From NCBI GenBank assembly GCA_030670545.1, contig DAOVBM010000005.1, positions 1 through 53,942 of the forward strand: a stretch of 53,942 nucleotides of DNA, written 5' to 3'. The position numbers and the translations under genes were made by a program. Below are positions 27,880 to 37,285 of this stretch, one piece after another (within the stretch, counting starts at the first letter, position 1; each line of letters opens with the position of its first letter). The notes under the pieces are model-generated. The model saw only the letters and a list, made by a program, of their open reading frames with translations, was not told the origin of the DNA and did no database searches. Source of the DNA: Candidatus Woesearchaeota archaeon. Its GTDB lineage: Archaea > Nanobdellota > Nanobdellia > Woesearchaeales > JAGLGH01.

Positions 27880-30632
27880 ATCTGCCACATGAAATAATAA
27901 TAGAATTAACAAATAACTGCAATTTGGATTGCAGTTTTTGTTTTAATAAACAGGGGACTGATCATATTCACGAAATTTCACAAGAAGATGTTTTTAAGAT
28001 ATTAGGAGATGTTTACAATTCAGGAATAAAGGCAGTAAGATTTACAGGAGGAGAGCCATTCTTAAGAAAAGACTTATGCGAGATACTAAAAAAAGCAAAA
28101 TCTATTGGTTTATATGTAATCCTAAATACTAACGCTTTTTTGATAGATGAAAAAAATAAACATTGTTTTAAATATGTTGATTTAGCTCTTTTTTCTTTGC
28201 ATGATACAGCACGACTTGAAAAAGTAAAAGAAAAGATGAATCTGCTGCAAGATTATAATCTAAAAATAATGCTTTGCACTATCCTGACACAATTGAATAT
28301 AAATAATCTTGAAAATTACTATGATTTCATTTCCAAATTAAATAATAAAAATTTTGTAGAATGGTTCTTATTAAGGCCAATCCCAAATCAGTTTAATAAA
28401 AGGCCAATAACCAAAGAAGACGTTAAAACGGTTCGCGAAAAAATAGTGCAGTATAACAATAAGTATAATTTGGATATTAAGATTGCAAACGCCTTGCCTT
28501 TCTGCGCAATAAATGAAGATTTATCTTCTATCTGCAAAGGAGGGCATTTTGATTCTGGTTACACGCGATTGGTTATAGATTCGAATGGAAACTATAAGGC
28601 AGACTATTTTTCTAATATCTGGGGTAACATCAATGATACTAATATCCTTGATATCTGGAATTCTGATGAAATGAAAGATATTAGGAACTATAATAAAATT
28701 GATAAATTATGTAAGGAGTGTTATCATCTCAAAAAATGCAGGGGTGGCCTGATAGAGGGAGAATATTTGTATGAATTTAAGAATGTTAGTTGCTTGGCAA
28801 GCGTAGTCATCCCTACTTTTAATGATTCTCAAAGATTATCTTTGCTTGTGAAAAGTTTAGAGAATCAGACTATAAATAATTTCGAAGTGATTGTAGTTGA
28901 TGATGGAAGTACTGATGATACTAAAGAAGTTGTGGAAGAACTGAAAAACAAGTCACATCTTTCTATCCAATATTTTTACTTGAATAATACAGATATATTT
29001 GGAGCAGGAATAGCAAGGAATTTTGGAGCAAGAAAGGCAAAAGGAAATGTTTTAATATTTTTAGACCAAGATAATGTAGCGCACCCTAAATTAATTGAAA
29101 ATTACTTAAGGGAACATAAGAAGAAGGATATTATATTAGGATATTATGCGGGTTATGGCAATCAAAAATATTATTATGATATTAATAAACTTAAATCCGC
29201 TGTTAAAAAAAATAAAGTTATCAAAACAAATATCTCTGAGTTTAGAAAGGACATTTTTAACAATCCAAACTTGTACAAAAATCAAGAATGGAAATTTTTT
29301 GTATCTGCAAATTTTTCAATCAAAAGGACATTGTTCCTCAAATTCTTGTTTGATGAGAACATAATTTCATGGGGGGGAGAAGATATTGATTTTGGCTATA
29401 GATTGATTAAAAAAGGATATTCTCTGAATTTCTGTAGAGATTGCTTAACTTATAATAGCTCTGATAAACCTTTCATTAATCAGGGTAAATTTTTCTCTCT
29501 GATGAATGTATTGATTTACCTCTTTGATAAGCATAATAGTGAAGAACTTAAAAAATATTGTTTTGAGAGATTCTATCATACGCCAATAAACTTGAGATCA
29601 GATTCCAAGCTGATTGAAAAAAATAATAAATTAATATTTCGAAAGCCAAATATGAATCCTTTTGACAGAGATGATGTCAACAAAAAAAACAATACAAAAT
29701 CCATAAACACTTTTTGCCCGAAATTGTGGTATGAAGTATATATAGATAAAAATGGCGATGTATATAGCTGCTGCCATAATAAGCCAGCAGTTTTAGGAAA
29801 TATCTACACTAAAAATCTAAAAGAGATTTGCAATAATAATATTATACAAGAACTCCGCAAAAAGTCTTTACAGGGAAGATTAGATTGTTATAAAGATTGC
29901 AGATTGCACCTCGAGAAGGATATCCCTGCAATGGATGGATTTACAATTTCTTACAGCAATCTTAAAAAATTAAAGATATTATTTAGTGAGAAATGCAATA
30001 TCGATTGTATCATGTGTTGGCAGGATAGTAAAAATAATGAACGCATTGATTATAAAAAATTAATAGAAAATGTTGATGTATCCCCTTTTGAAGAGATAGA
30101 GATACAAGGTGGCGAGCCATTATTCATTAAAGAAGCAAAAAAGTATTTTGATTATGTCACTTCGAAAGGGAAAAAAGTATCTTTCCTGACTAATGGATTA
30201 TTAATAAACGAAGTTTGGGCTAAAAAGATTGCCCTTTATTCATCCTGTATCTATTTTTCGTTAAATGCTGCAACAAAGAAAACACATGAATCAATTAACA
30301 GAGGATCAAAATGGGAATCTGTACTTGGGAATATCAAGAAAATCAAGAGGTATATAAATAAGTATAATACTGAAGTTAAGATAATAGGACATATGACAAT
30401 TATAACAGAGAACCTGGATGAGATTCCTTTATTCATCAATAATTTTAAAGAATTTGGATTTGATTCAATCGAATTTGGATACGATAAATCTATGCGTAAT
30501 TACTTGAAAGATTGTTCAAGAAAGAAAATGGAGCTTAAGTCATCTATAAAATCAGCATTAAATCGAGTAGTACATAAATCAAAAATAAACCTGTTTGGCC
30601 TTGAGAGAATAGGCCTTATAACATACACCTAA
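27876..30632 (+). CDS. Fusion: radical SAM + SPASM - GT2 glycosyltransferase - SPASM-like - second radical SAM
   Basis: CNLDCSFC/TGGEP; CKECYHLKKCRGG; SVVIPTFN, VVDDGSTD, ARNFG, FLDQD, WGGEDIDFGYRL; CPKLW...DKNGDVYSCC; CNIDCIMC/QGGEP/LTNG. Confidence 0.9.
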   Translation: MNLPHEIIIELTNNCNLDCSFCFNKQGTDHIHEISQEDVFKILGDVYNSGIKAVRFTGGEPFLRKDLCEILKKAKSIGLYVILNTNAFLIDEKNKHCFKYVDLALFSLHDTARLEKVKEKMNLLQDYNLKIMLCTILTQLNINNLENYYDFISKLNNKNFVEWFLLRPIPNQFNKRPITKEDVKTVREKIVQYNNKYNLDIKIANALPFCAINEDLSSICKGGHFDSGYTRLVIDSNGNYKADYFSNIWGNINDTNILDIWNSDEMKDIRNYNKIDKLCKECYHLKKCRGGLIEGEYLYEFKNVSCLASVVIPTFNDSQRLSLLVKSLENQTINNFEVIVVDDGSTDDTKEVVEELKNKSHLSIQYFYLNNTDIFGAGIARNFGARKAKGNVLIFLDQDNVAHPKLIENYLREHKKKDIILGYYAGYGNQKYYYDINKLKSAVKKNKVIKTNISEFRKDIFNNPNLYKNQEWKFFVSANFSIKRTLFLKFLFDENIISWGGEDIDFGYRLIKKGYSLNFCRDCLTYNSSDKPFINQGKFFSLMNVLIYLFDKHNSEELKKYCFERFYHTPINLRSDSKLIEKNNKLIFRKPNMNPFDRDDVNKKNNTKSINTFCPKLWYEVYIDKNGDVYSCCHNKPAVLGNIYTKNLKEICNNNIIQELRKKSLQGRLDCYKDCRLHLEKDIPAMDGFTISYSNLKKLKILFSEKCNIDCIMCWQDSKNNERIDYKKLIENVDVSPFEEIEIQGGEPLFIKEAKKYFDYVTSKGKKVSFLTNGLLINEVWAKKIALYSSCIYFSLNAATKKTHESINRGSKWESVLGNIKKIKRYINKYNTEVKIIGHMTIITENLDEIPLFINNFKEFGFDSIEFGYDKSMRNYLKDCSRKKMELKSSIKSALNRVVHKSKINLFGLERIGLITYT

Positions 30633-30647
30633 GTTATATAATTCAAA

Positions 30648-32879
30648 ATGAAAATACTAATTCATGCAATCAATGGTGTGGGGTTAGGCCACATTATAAG
30701 AACGTTAGAAGTCTCAAAAGCATTGATCAAGTTAAGAAAAGATGTAGAGATTATCTTTGTTACTAACTCACAATTTCCACAGATTATTAGCGATAACGGA
30801 TTCAAGTACTATCAATTGAAACTAAACACAAAAGATGTTCTTGAGAGCAAAGTTTATTATCATGACTATGCCTCATATAATTCCTTGAGATTGATTAAAA
30901 TTATTAAAAGTGAATATCCCGATCTTATTTTATTTGATTGTGAACTGCATGAATCTGTAATTGATTTTTGCGTGAAAAAACATATAAAAACTTCATTTAT
31001 CCTACGCAATAAAAACCACAAACATTTTGATGCAATCATAAAACAAGGCGTTATGAAAAAAATTGATATGATTCTTATTCCTCACAATAAATTAGATGTT
31101 CCAAAAAGTACTATTGCCCATCTTAAAGATTATGATACTGTCTCTTTTGTAGGCCCAATTATTAAAACACGAAGGATAACACTGGATAGGAACAAGAAAA
31201 GTTATGAGAAAAAAAACGAGAGGAATAGAAAAAATCCCCTTAATATATTAATTACATTTTCTGCTGGCGCAGGTATTGAAGACAATAGTGAATTATTTAG
31301 TAAAGTATCCAACTTTCTAGCACAGCTTAAAAATAATGGCAGAAACATTAAAGACAGGCAGGTTAAATTGGATATTATAACAGGACCATATTTCAAACAG
31401 AATTACTGCAATCTCAATGGATTTGATTATAAATCATTTGAGCCTGACATGTTGGGTAAGATGAAAGAGGCAGACCTTATTATCTCTTCTGCAGGATATA
31501 ATATCATCAATGAGATAATATATGCCCAGACTCCTGCTATATTGATACCAGTTAGAAGGGAGGAGGATAATCAGTTTGCTCGCGCAAAAGATATGGAGAA
31601 AAAAGGATGCGCAAAAGTTGTAAAAAACAGCATCTTTCAAGAAATAGAAGATATCTTGCTTAAGAATAAGCTTAGAGAAATGGAGAATAAATTTCCAGAT
31701 ATCCTACCCGGCAATGACTCTGCAGCTAAAAAAATCAGTGAGTTACTTGGCAATAAGGATAAACTTGCTGTCCTATGCACCAATTTCCTGCCATTCTCTG
31801 ATAGATTCATATCTGATGAACTTGACTCATTGCAAGCTTATGAACCTAATATATTCTGCATAAATAAAGAATATGATAAAGAACCCAGATTTAAAATATT
31901 TCACAAGGAAAAATTTATCTCTTTGTGCACGCCTGATTTTCCTTTTATAAGAAATAAGCATATGAATTTGCACAAGGCATTAATTAATTGGTGCACAGAG
32001 ATAATAAGGTCCAATAATATAAAACTATTGCATGCGCAGTATCTTTCAGATGCATTATTTTTCTTGAATGTCAAGAGAATTACCAATCTTCCACTTATTG
32101 TTTCAGTGAGAGGATATGACCTGTATACCTTGAGAAATATCGATTACTCCTTTTTATTCAGTAGTACAGATTTGTTTCTTGTAAGGTCTGAGAAAATGAA
32201 AAAGGATCTGATTAGTAAAGGCTGCGATCAGACGAAGATAATAATTCATCATTCTGGCATAAGATTTGACAATAGATTTACTGATAAAAACCTTAGCCAA
32301 TGTAAAGACGGCAATAAGATTAATATTCTAATGGTCGGGAGATTTGTAGAAAAAAAAGGAACATTATTAGGCATAAAGATATTTAATAAAGTTTGCCAAA
32401 AATACAATAATATTCAATTAAATATAATTGGTGACGGCATCCTTAAGGAAAAAATACTATTAGAAGCCGAAGGTAGCCCTTTCTCTGAAAAGATTAAGAT
32501 TCATGGGGAATTGCCAAACAACAATGTAATTAAGATAATGAAGCAAAGCCATATATTGCTTCAACCTTCTATAACTGCAAAAAATGGAGATATGGAAGGT
32601 ATTCCAAATTCTGTTATGGAAGCAATGGCCTTAGGGGTAATTGTTGTGGCCAGCAATCATTCTGGAATTCCAGAGATTGTGAAAGAGAATAAAACAGGCC
32701 TGATTTTCAAGGAAGGTAACTTAGAAGGAGCAGTCAGTAAATTGAGTTTTGCTATAGAGAATATAAATAAACTGCAAAGCATGAAAAGGGATGCATGGAA
32801 CTTTGTAGAACAAAAGTTTAATATTATAAAGCAAACATCCTTACTTGAACGAATATATGATTCAATATTGGATAAATAA
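30648..32879 (+). CDS. Double glycosyltransferase fusion: GT28/MurG-like GT-B domain + GT4 (WcaL-like)
   Basis: NGVGLGHIIR, ADLIISSAGYN...P..LIP....NQ..RA; then RGYD, VGRFVEKKG and GDMEGIPNSVMEAMALG...HSGIPE. Confidence 0.88.
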   Translation: MKILIHAINGVGLGHIIRTLEVSKALIKLRKDVEIIFVTNSQFPQIISDNGFKYYQLKLNTKDVLESKVYYHDYASYNSLRLIKIIKSEYPDLILFDCELHESVIDFCVKKHIKTSFILRNKNHKHFDAIIKQGVMKKIDMILIPHNKLDVPKSTIAHLKDYDTVSFVGPIIKTRRITLDRNKKSYEKKNERNRKNPLNILITFSAGAGIEDNSELFSKVSNFLAQLKNNGRNIKDRQVKLDIITGPYFKQNYCNLNGFDYKSFEPDMLGKMKEADLIISSAGYNIINEIIYAQTPAILIPVRREEDNQFARAKDMEKKGCAKVVKNSIFQEIEDILLKNKLREMENKFPDILPGNDSAAKKISELLGNKDKLAVLCTNFLPFSDRFISDELDSLQAYEPNIFCINKEYDKEPRFKIFHKEKFISLCTPDFPFIRNKHMNLHKALINWCTEIIRSNNIKLLHAQYLSDALFFLNVKRITNLPLIVSVRGYDLYTLRNIDYSFLFSSTDLFLVRSEKMKKDLISKGCDQTKIIIHHSGIRFDNRFTDKNLSQCKDGNKINILMVGRFVEKKGTLLGIKIFNKVCQKYNNIQLNIIGDGILKEKILLEAEGSPFSEKIKIHGELPNNNVIKIMKQSHILLQPSITAKNGDMEGIPNSVMEAMALGVIVVASNHSGIPEIVKENKTGLIFKEGNLEGAVSKLSFAIENINKLQSMKRDAWNFVEQKFNIIKQTSLLERIYDSILDK

Positions 32880-32889
32880 TATTTTAAAA

Positions 32890-35082
32890 ATGCAAAGCAA
32901 TGAACCATACAGCTTAAGATGGCCACCCATCAGCAAGAGAGATGTTTATGTGGTCATGAAGACACTGCTTAATAAAGATATTTCTATAAGTGATGGTTCA
33001 GGCATAATAGCGGAATTTGAGTCAGATTTTGCAAAATGGCTTGGAATTAAATATTGCCTGGCTCAAAATAGCGGAACATCAACGCTGCATTCAGCATTCT
33101 TTGCTATAGGAATAAAGGAGGGAGATGAGGTTCTTGTCCCTTCTCTCACATGGCATAGTTCAGTCTCACCACTTCTGCATCTTAGAGCAGTTCCTGTATT
33201 TTGTGAGATTGACCCCGCTACATTGACAATTGATCCAGATGATATAAAGAAACGTATAACCCCAAAAACAAAGGCAATATTGGTAGTTCATCTTTTTGGT
33301 ATGCCAGCAGAGATGGATAAAATTATGACAATTGCAAGGAAACACAATCTCCTTGTTGTTGAAGATTGTTCCCATGCTTATGGCTCATTATACAAAGGAA
33401 AATGTGTAGGGACATTTGGGGATATAAGCTGTTTCAGCATGCAGGCAAGCAAGATGCTTCCTGCAGGAGAAGGTGGAATATTCTGCACGAATAAGAAAGA
33501 ATATTATGAAAAAGCGCTTCTACTAGGCCATTTTGGAAGGCTGAATGAACTCTCGAAGAATGATTATAAGAGATTTGCCAATACCGGGCTTGGATTTAAA
33601 TACAGGCCTCATCCTCTTGCAATTGCCCTTGCAAAATCACAGCTGCGCACAATCAATAGGAGAATTAGAAATACGAATAAAAATATAAACCAATTTGAAA
33701 GTCTGCTTAAGAATATTCCAGGTATAAGCATAATCAACAAGCCGGACTATTGCAACTTCAAGAGCAATTATGGTTTTAGGTTCATCTATGATGAGAATGA
33801 AACAGGCATTTCTAAAACAGATTTTATTAAGTCATTAAGGGAAGCAGGAATACCTGCCCATGATGAATGTTACAATCTCCTCCATAAAGAGCCTATATTT
33901 CAAAATAGCCAGTTCTTCCATCTTCCACATAGGGATTATTCCCTGCCGATTACAGAAAAAGCGCACTCAAAGATTATTTGCATCAATTTACCATATAATC
34001 AGCATCCAAACCTTATTAATGGATATTATGAGACAATGCGAAATGTCATATCCACGAAAACAGCTTATAGGCAGTTAAGTGTTGGAAAGGGGGTATTCTC
34101 CACACCCGACCAAATCACAATAGAGTTAACAATGGGATGTAATTTGCATTGCCCTATGTGCTATCAGAGAGATTTTCGGCGTATGCATGACAACAGCATG
34201 GATGAAATGAGTGTAGAATCAATTGAGAAATTATTGGTTGATGTAATGCCCAAGAGAGTTACCTTAAGTGGGGGGGAACCTACAACAAAAAATGGTTTTT
34301 TCAGAATATTGGACACTCTCAAGAAGCTGGGCATAAGATTCACAATCCTAACAAATGGCTCACTTTTTGATGAGCAATTTATTAATAAGATTAAGGAATA
34401 CCAAGGTTTAGGAGATATTGTATTTTCGCTGGATTACTATGATGAAGAAAGACATGATTCGTGGAGGGGTAAAAAAGGCCTTTTTAAGCGTATCATAAAT
34501 GCTGTTGACAAATTAGAAAATCACTTCACTACATGCATAGCAGCTGTAGTATTAGAAGACAACCTGGATGATCTGATAAAGCTGATTGAAGATTATTCTT
34601 CAAGGAATGTTCATATTTCTCTCATTCCTTATGAGCAGTATTGGGAGAAAGAAATAACTGTGACCAGAAAAAGGTTATCAACTATATTTCAGAAGGATGA
34701 GGATTCATTCTCATTAATGGTGGCTGCGCAGGATATGGACTGTGAAAAGATGAAAAAAAATTTGCAGATTCTCAAAGGCAAACAGGATAAGAGAAACAAT
34801 GCCGCTTTTCATCCATCTGACCTTCCAAATGCGATAAATGATTTTTATAGAATGGAAAATGTGAAAGGCATATGTAAAAATCTCAGGGATTCAAGATTAA
34901 GAGTTGACAGCAAGGGAAAGGTAATTGTTTGTAGGATTATCCGGGAAACTCTTGGAGATTTGGGTAGCCAATCAGCAAAGGAGATATGGGATTCAGAAAA
35001 GTATAAGAGATTGCGGAAGGATTATATCAAAAATGGACCATACCCCATCTGCAAGAGATGCCCTCATTTTATAAGGGAGTAA
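32890..35082 (+). CDS. Fusion: DegT/DnrJ/EryC1/StrS PLP aminotransferase + radical SAM/SPASM
   Basis: NSGTSTLH, GDEVLVPS.T, VHLFG.PA.M, EDCSHA.G and FSMQASK..AGEGG (catalytic Lys); then CNLHCPMC, SGGEP, LTNG and C-terminal C..D..G.V..C...CKRC. ATG 32890 chosen over the overlapping TTG 32845. Confidence 0.9.
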   Translation: MQSNEPYSLRWPPISKRDVYVVMKTLLNKDISISDGSGIIAEFESDFAKWLGIKYCLAQNSGTSTLHSAFFAIGIKEGDEVLVPSLTWHSSVSPLLHLRAVPVFCEIDPATLTIDPDDIKKRITPKTKAILVVHLFGMPAEMDKIMTIARKHNLLVVEDCSHAYGSLYKGKCVGTFGDISCFSMQASKMLPAGEGGIFCTNKKEYYEKALLLGHFGRLNELSKNDYKRFANTGLGFKYRPHPLAIALAKSQLRTINRRIRNTNKNINQFESLLKNIPGISIINKPDYCNFKSNYGFRFIYDENETGISKTDFIKSLREAGIPAHDECYNLLHKEPIFQNSQFFHLPHRDYSLPITEKAHSKIICINLPYNQHPNLINGYYETMRNVISTKTAYRQLSVGKGVFSTPDQITIELTMGCNLHCPMCYQRDFRRMHDNSMDEMSVESIEKLLVDVMPKRVTLSGGEPTTKNGFFRILDTLKKLGIRFTILTNGSLFDEQFINKIKEYQGLGDIVFSLDYYDEERHDSWRGKKGLFKRIINAVDKLENHFTTCIAAVVLEDNLDDLIKLIEDYSSRNVHISLIPYEQYWEKEITVTRKRLSTIFQKDEDSFSLMVAAQDMDCEKMKKNLQILKGKQDKRNNAAFHPSDLPNAINDFYRMENVKGICKNLRDSRLRVDSKGKVIVCRIIRETLGDLGSQSAKEIWDSEKYKRLRKDYIKNGPYPICKRCPHFIRE

Positions 35083-35099
35083 ATATTATTGAGAATAGA

Positions 35100-35700
35100 T
35101 TAAATTTTCCTTGATTTGCAAATTTTTATGATATCTATGAAATCATTATTAACAATATTCCTATTAGTGATAATGATGATAGTAAAAACAGCAATCCCTT
35201 TTTCTTTATACATCTGTGACATTTTTAAAACATGTTCGAATAATCCTTCACACTTTCTATTTTGATCATGTATTTCTTTTACTGCGCTATCCAAGTTTAT
35301 TTCAATGATATCCAATCTGCTTTCTTTTAGTTTCGTTATGCTTTCTTTGTCCAGATTAACTGCATTTATCCCAAGTTTGACAGTTACGATTGAAAACAGG
35401 AAAAATGGCTCAAACAGAAGAATTTATTCCAATTTTGATCCAATAAATGAGATAATTCTACTTCAAAATCAAAGGATTACCTGCTTTTATGCAAAAAATA
35501 GAGTAAAATTACTCAACTGTCAAATAGATTTTTAGGACGAAATAGTCAGACAACTGTCAAACTTATTACCCAAGATCAATCTCTACAGATCTTAATCTTT
35601 TTTGCCCTCTTAATAATAAATAGTAGTTTTTAAGTACTCTCAATAGAACAAAAGGCTTTTTGGATACTAATTTAAGATTGTAAATAAATCTATTCTTCAT
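35100..35700 (-). pseudogene. Disrupted radical SAM gene, paralog of 40429..41388
   Basis: ATG 35700 gives MKNRFIYNLKLVSKKPFVLLRVLKNYYLLLRGQKRLRSVEIDLG* (stop 35566-35568), similar to MKNTRRIFANLKITLKKP...LRTIEIALT. Downstream GINAVNLDKESITKLKESRLDIIEINLDSAVKEIHD..R.CEGLF matches TNGIVLDEKYARQLKDKGLDVACVSLD...HD.FR. The CxxxCxxC and GGE motifs are missing. Confidence 0.8.
35373..35564. mobile_element. 192-bp segment bounded by 13-bp perfect inverted repeats (MITE/IS remnant)
   Basis: AAGTTTGACAGTT (35373-35385) and AACTGTCAAACTT (35552-35564); a third partial copy CAACTGTCAAA at 35514-35524; no clean target-site duplication. Confidence 0.55.
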
Positions 35701-37285
35701 TTTTTATGCCCTGACACCTAATTAAATAGTAATCATCACCTTTTATAATTTTCGCTTTATCATCTATGTTTAGGAGTGCAAAGCTGGATATATTTTTTGT
35801 GATATTTTTTACAAAAGAAAAGAAAGGCTCAGTTCTATATAGATGAGGGTTGTTTAAGTATTTATAATCAACTAGCAGGTATTCAATTTTATTATTTGCA
35901 CAAAATGTGAGAATCTCATCAATATCTTCAGAATAAAAAATCCTTAAAAATTCAAAAGTCCTGTTTTTTATCTCATTGTAGTATGCAGAATAGTATGGCG
36001 AAATAGCTTCCTGGCTTGTGAAGACTTTACGCCTTGAAAACAATGGAACACAACTTGTTTCTAATGGGTGGCCTGCAATCAAAGTATCTTTGTGGGTCGA
36101 GGCAAGAAAAGAATAAATATCTGTTTTATTGCAATCTATTAAATCTCTTGACGTCTCAGGGATTATTATTGTTACTGCGGATACTAATACAATGATAAAT
36201 AGAACTATTTTGTATTTCTGTTTAATGCCTGATAAGACTAATCCAACATTTTTTGCAAAAAAGAATGTCAAAAAGAGGGGAAAAGTATATCTGACATACC
36301 TTGTATAGTCATGCAGCAATAATCCGCTGTAACCTGCGATGTAATGTAAGATTAAACCAGATATGAATAGTGCCCATATCTCAGGAGGTAAGATATAAAC
36401 CCTTCTTTTATTGATAATTAAGAAAGGAATGAAGAAGATTAGATTTAGTATGAGCAGAGGTCTTGTGTATTCAAATGCAACTTCAACAAAATGCTTAACA
36501 GGAAAGAGATGTATGCGCCCATCCTTGCTAAATGCCTCATTTGTAGAAACCTCTTTATAGTCTGCCAAAGTCCCAAATCTATTGTTATGACTATCAGAAT
36601 AGAGAAAAACTCCTGCCAGAAATAATATTATTGTCATTGTTAAGAATATTTTAAGTGGTTTTCCAAGAATTCTTTTTTTAAAAAACATAAGGATATCCTT
36701 TGCTTTAAGCAGCAAATCCGATGTCCAGGTTATGAAAAGAGATGGAGGATATAGCAAGAGTGAAGCGAAGAAAGATATCCCTTTTTTAAAGTGCTGTTTG
36801 CTGTTATGGTAATAAAGGAAAGCCAAGATAAAAAGATACGAAAAACTTCTTGGCAATCCGCCTGATATTGTCGGGAAACTCCATATTTGGATTAAAAAGA
36901 TGATTAAAAATAAGTAGGTAGTAATCTTATTAAAATACGTTCTCCCAACTTTGTAAGCAAAAATGGTTATTGCCAAAAAAATAATAAAGCTCATTACCTT
37001 ACTCAGAATAATCATGTCAAAAAAATAAGAAAAGAAAAGCAAGATTAAAACAAAGGCAAGAGGATTTTCAAACAAGAACAAGTCTGTAGTAACATCTTCC
37101 TTGAAAAGCGAGGGGTCTATTATTTTGTATATTGGATAATAATGGACTCTTACATCGTCATTTATGGTAGTATAATCAGAGATTGCAGGATATTGGAAAT
37201 ATAAAAAAATAATGGAGGCTACTGCTAAAAGGATAAATAATTCTTTTTTCTCAATTCCTCTTATTTTATGATACATAAATCTCAT
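35690..37285 (-). CDS. Polytopic membrane protein, GT-C-like glycosyltransferase candidate
   Basis: Many TM helices; acidic INDDVR motif in the first outer loop; GGLPRSF; soluble C-terminal domain. The true start may be slightly downstream. Confidence 0.7.
   Translation of the reverse strand: MRFMYHKIRGIEKKELFILLAVASIIFLYFQYPAISDYTTINDDVRVHYYPIYKIIDPSLFKEDVTTDLFLFENPLAFVLILLFFSYFFDMIILSKVMSFIIFLAITIFAYKVGRTYFNKITTYLFLIIFLIQIWSFPTISGGLPRSFSYLFILAFLYYHNSKQHFKKGISFFASLLLYPPSLFITWTSDLLLKAKDILMFFKKRILGKPLKIFLTMTIILFLAGVFLYSDSHNNRFGTLADYKEVSTNEAFSKDGRIHLFPVKHFVEVAFEYTRPLLILNLIFFIPFLIINKRRVYILPPEIWALFISGLILHYIAGYSGLLLHDYTRYVRYTFPLFLTFFFAKNVGLVLSGIKQKYKIVLFIIVLVSAVTIIIPETSRDLIDCNKTDIYSFLASTHKDTLIAGHPLETSCVPLFSRRKVFTSQEAISPYYSAYYNEIKNRTFEFLRIFYSEDIDEILTFCANNKIEYLLVDYKYLNNPHLYRTEPFFSFVKNITKNISSFALLNIDDKAKIIKGDDYYLIRCQGIKNEE

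Noticed and set aside
35373-35564. Invertible phase-variation switch restoring the radical SAM gene
   Set aside because: The inverted segment encodes no CxxxCxxC or GGE motif, the TAA at 35566-35568 lies outside the repeats, and no recombinase is nearby.
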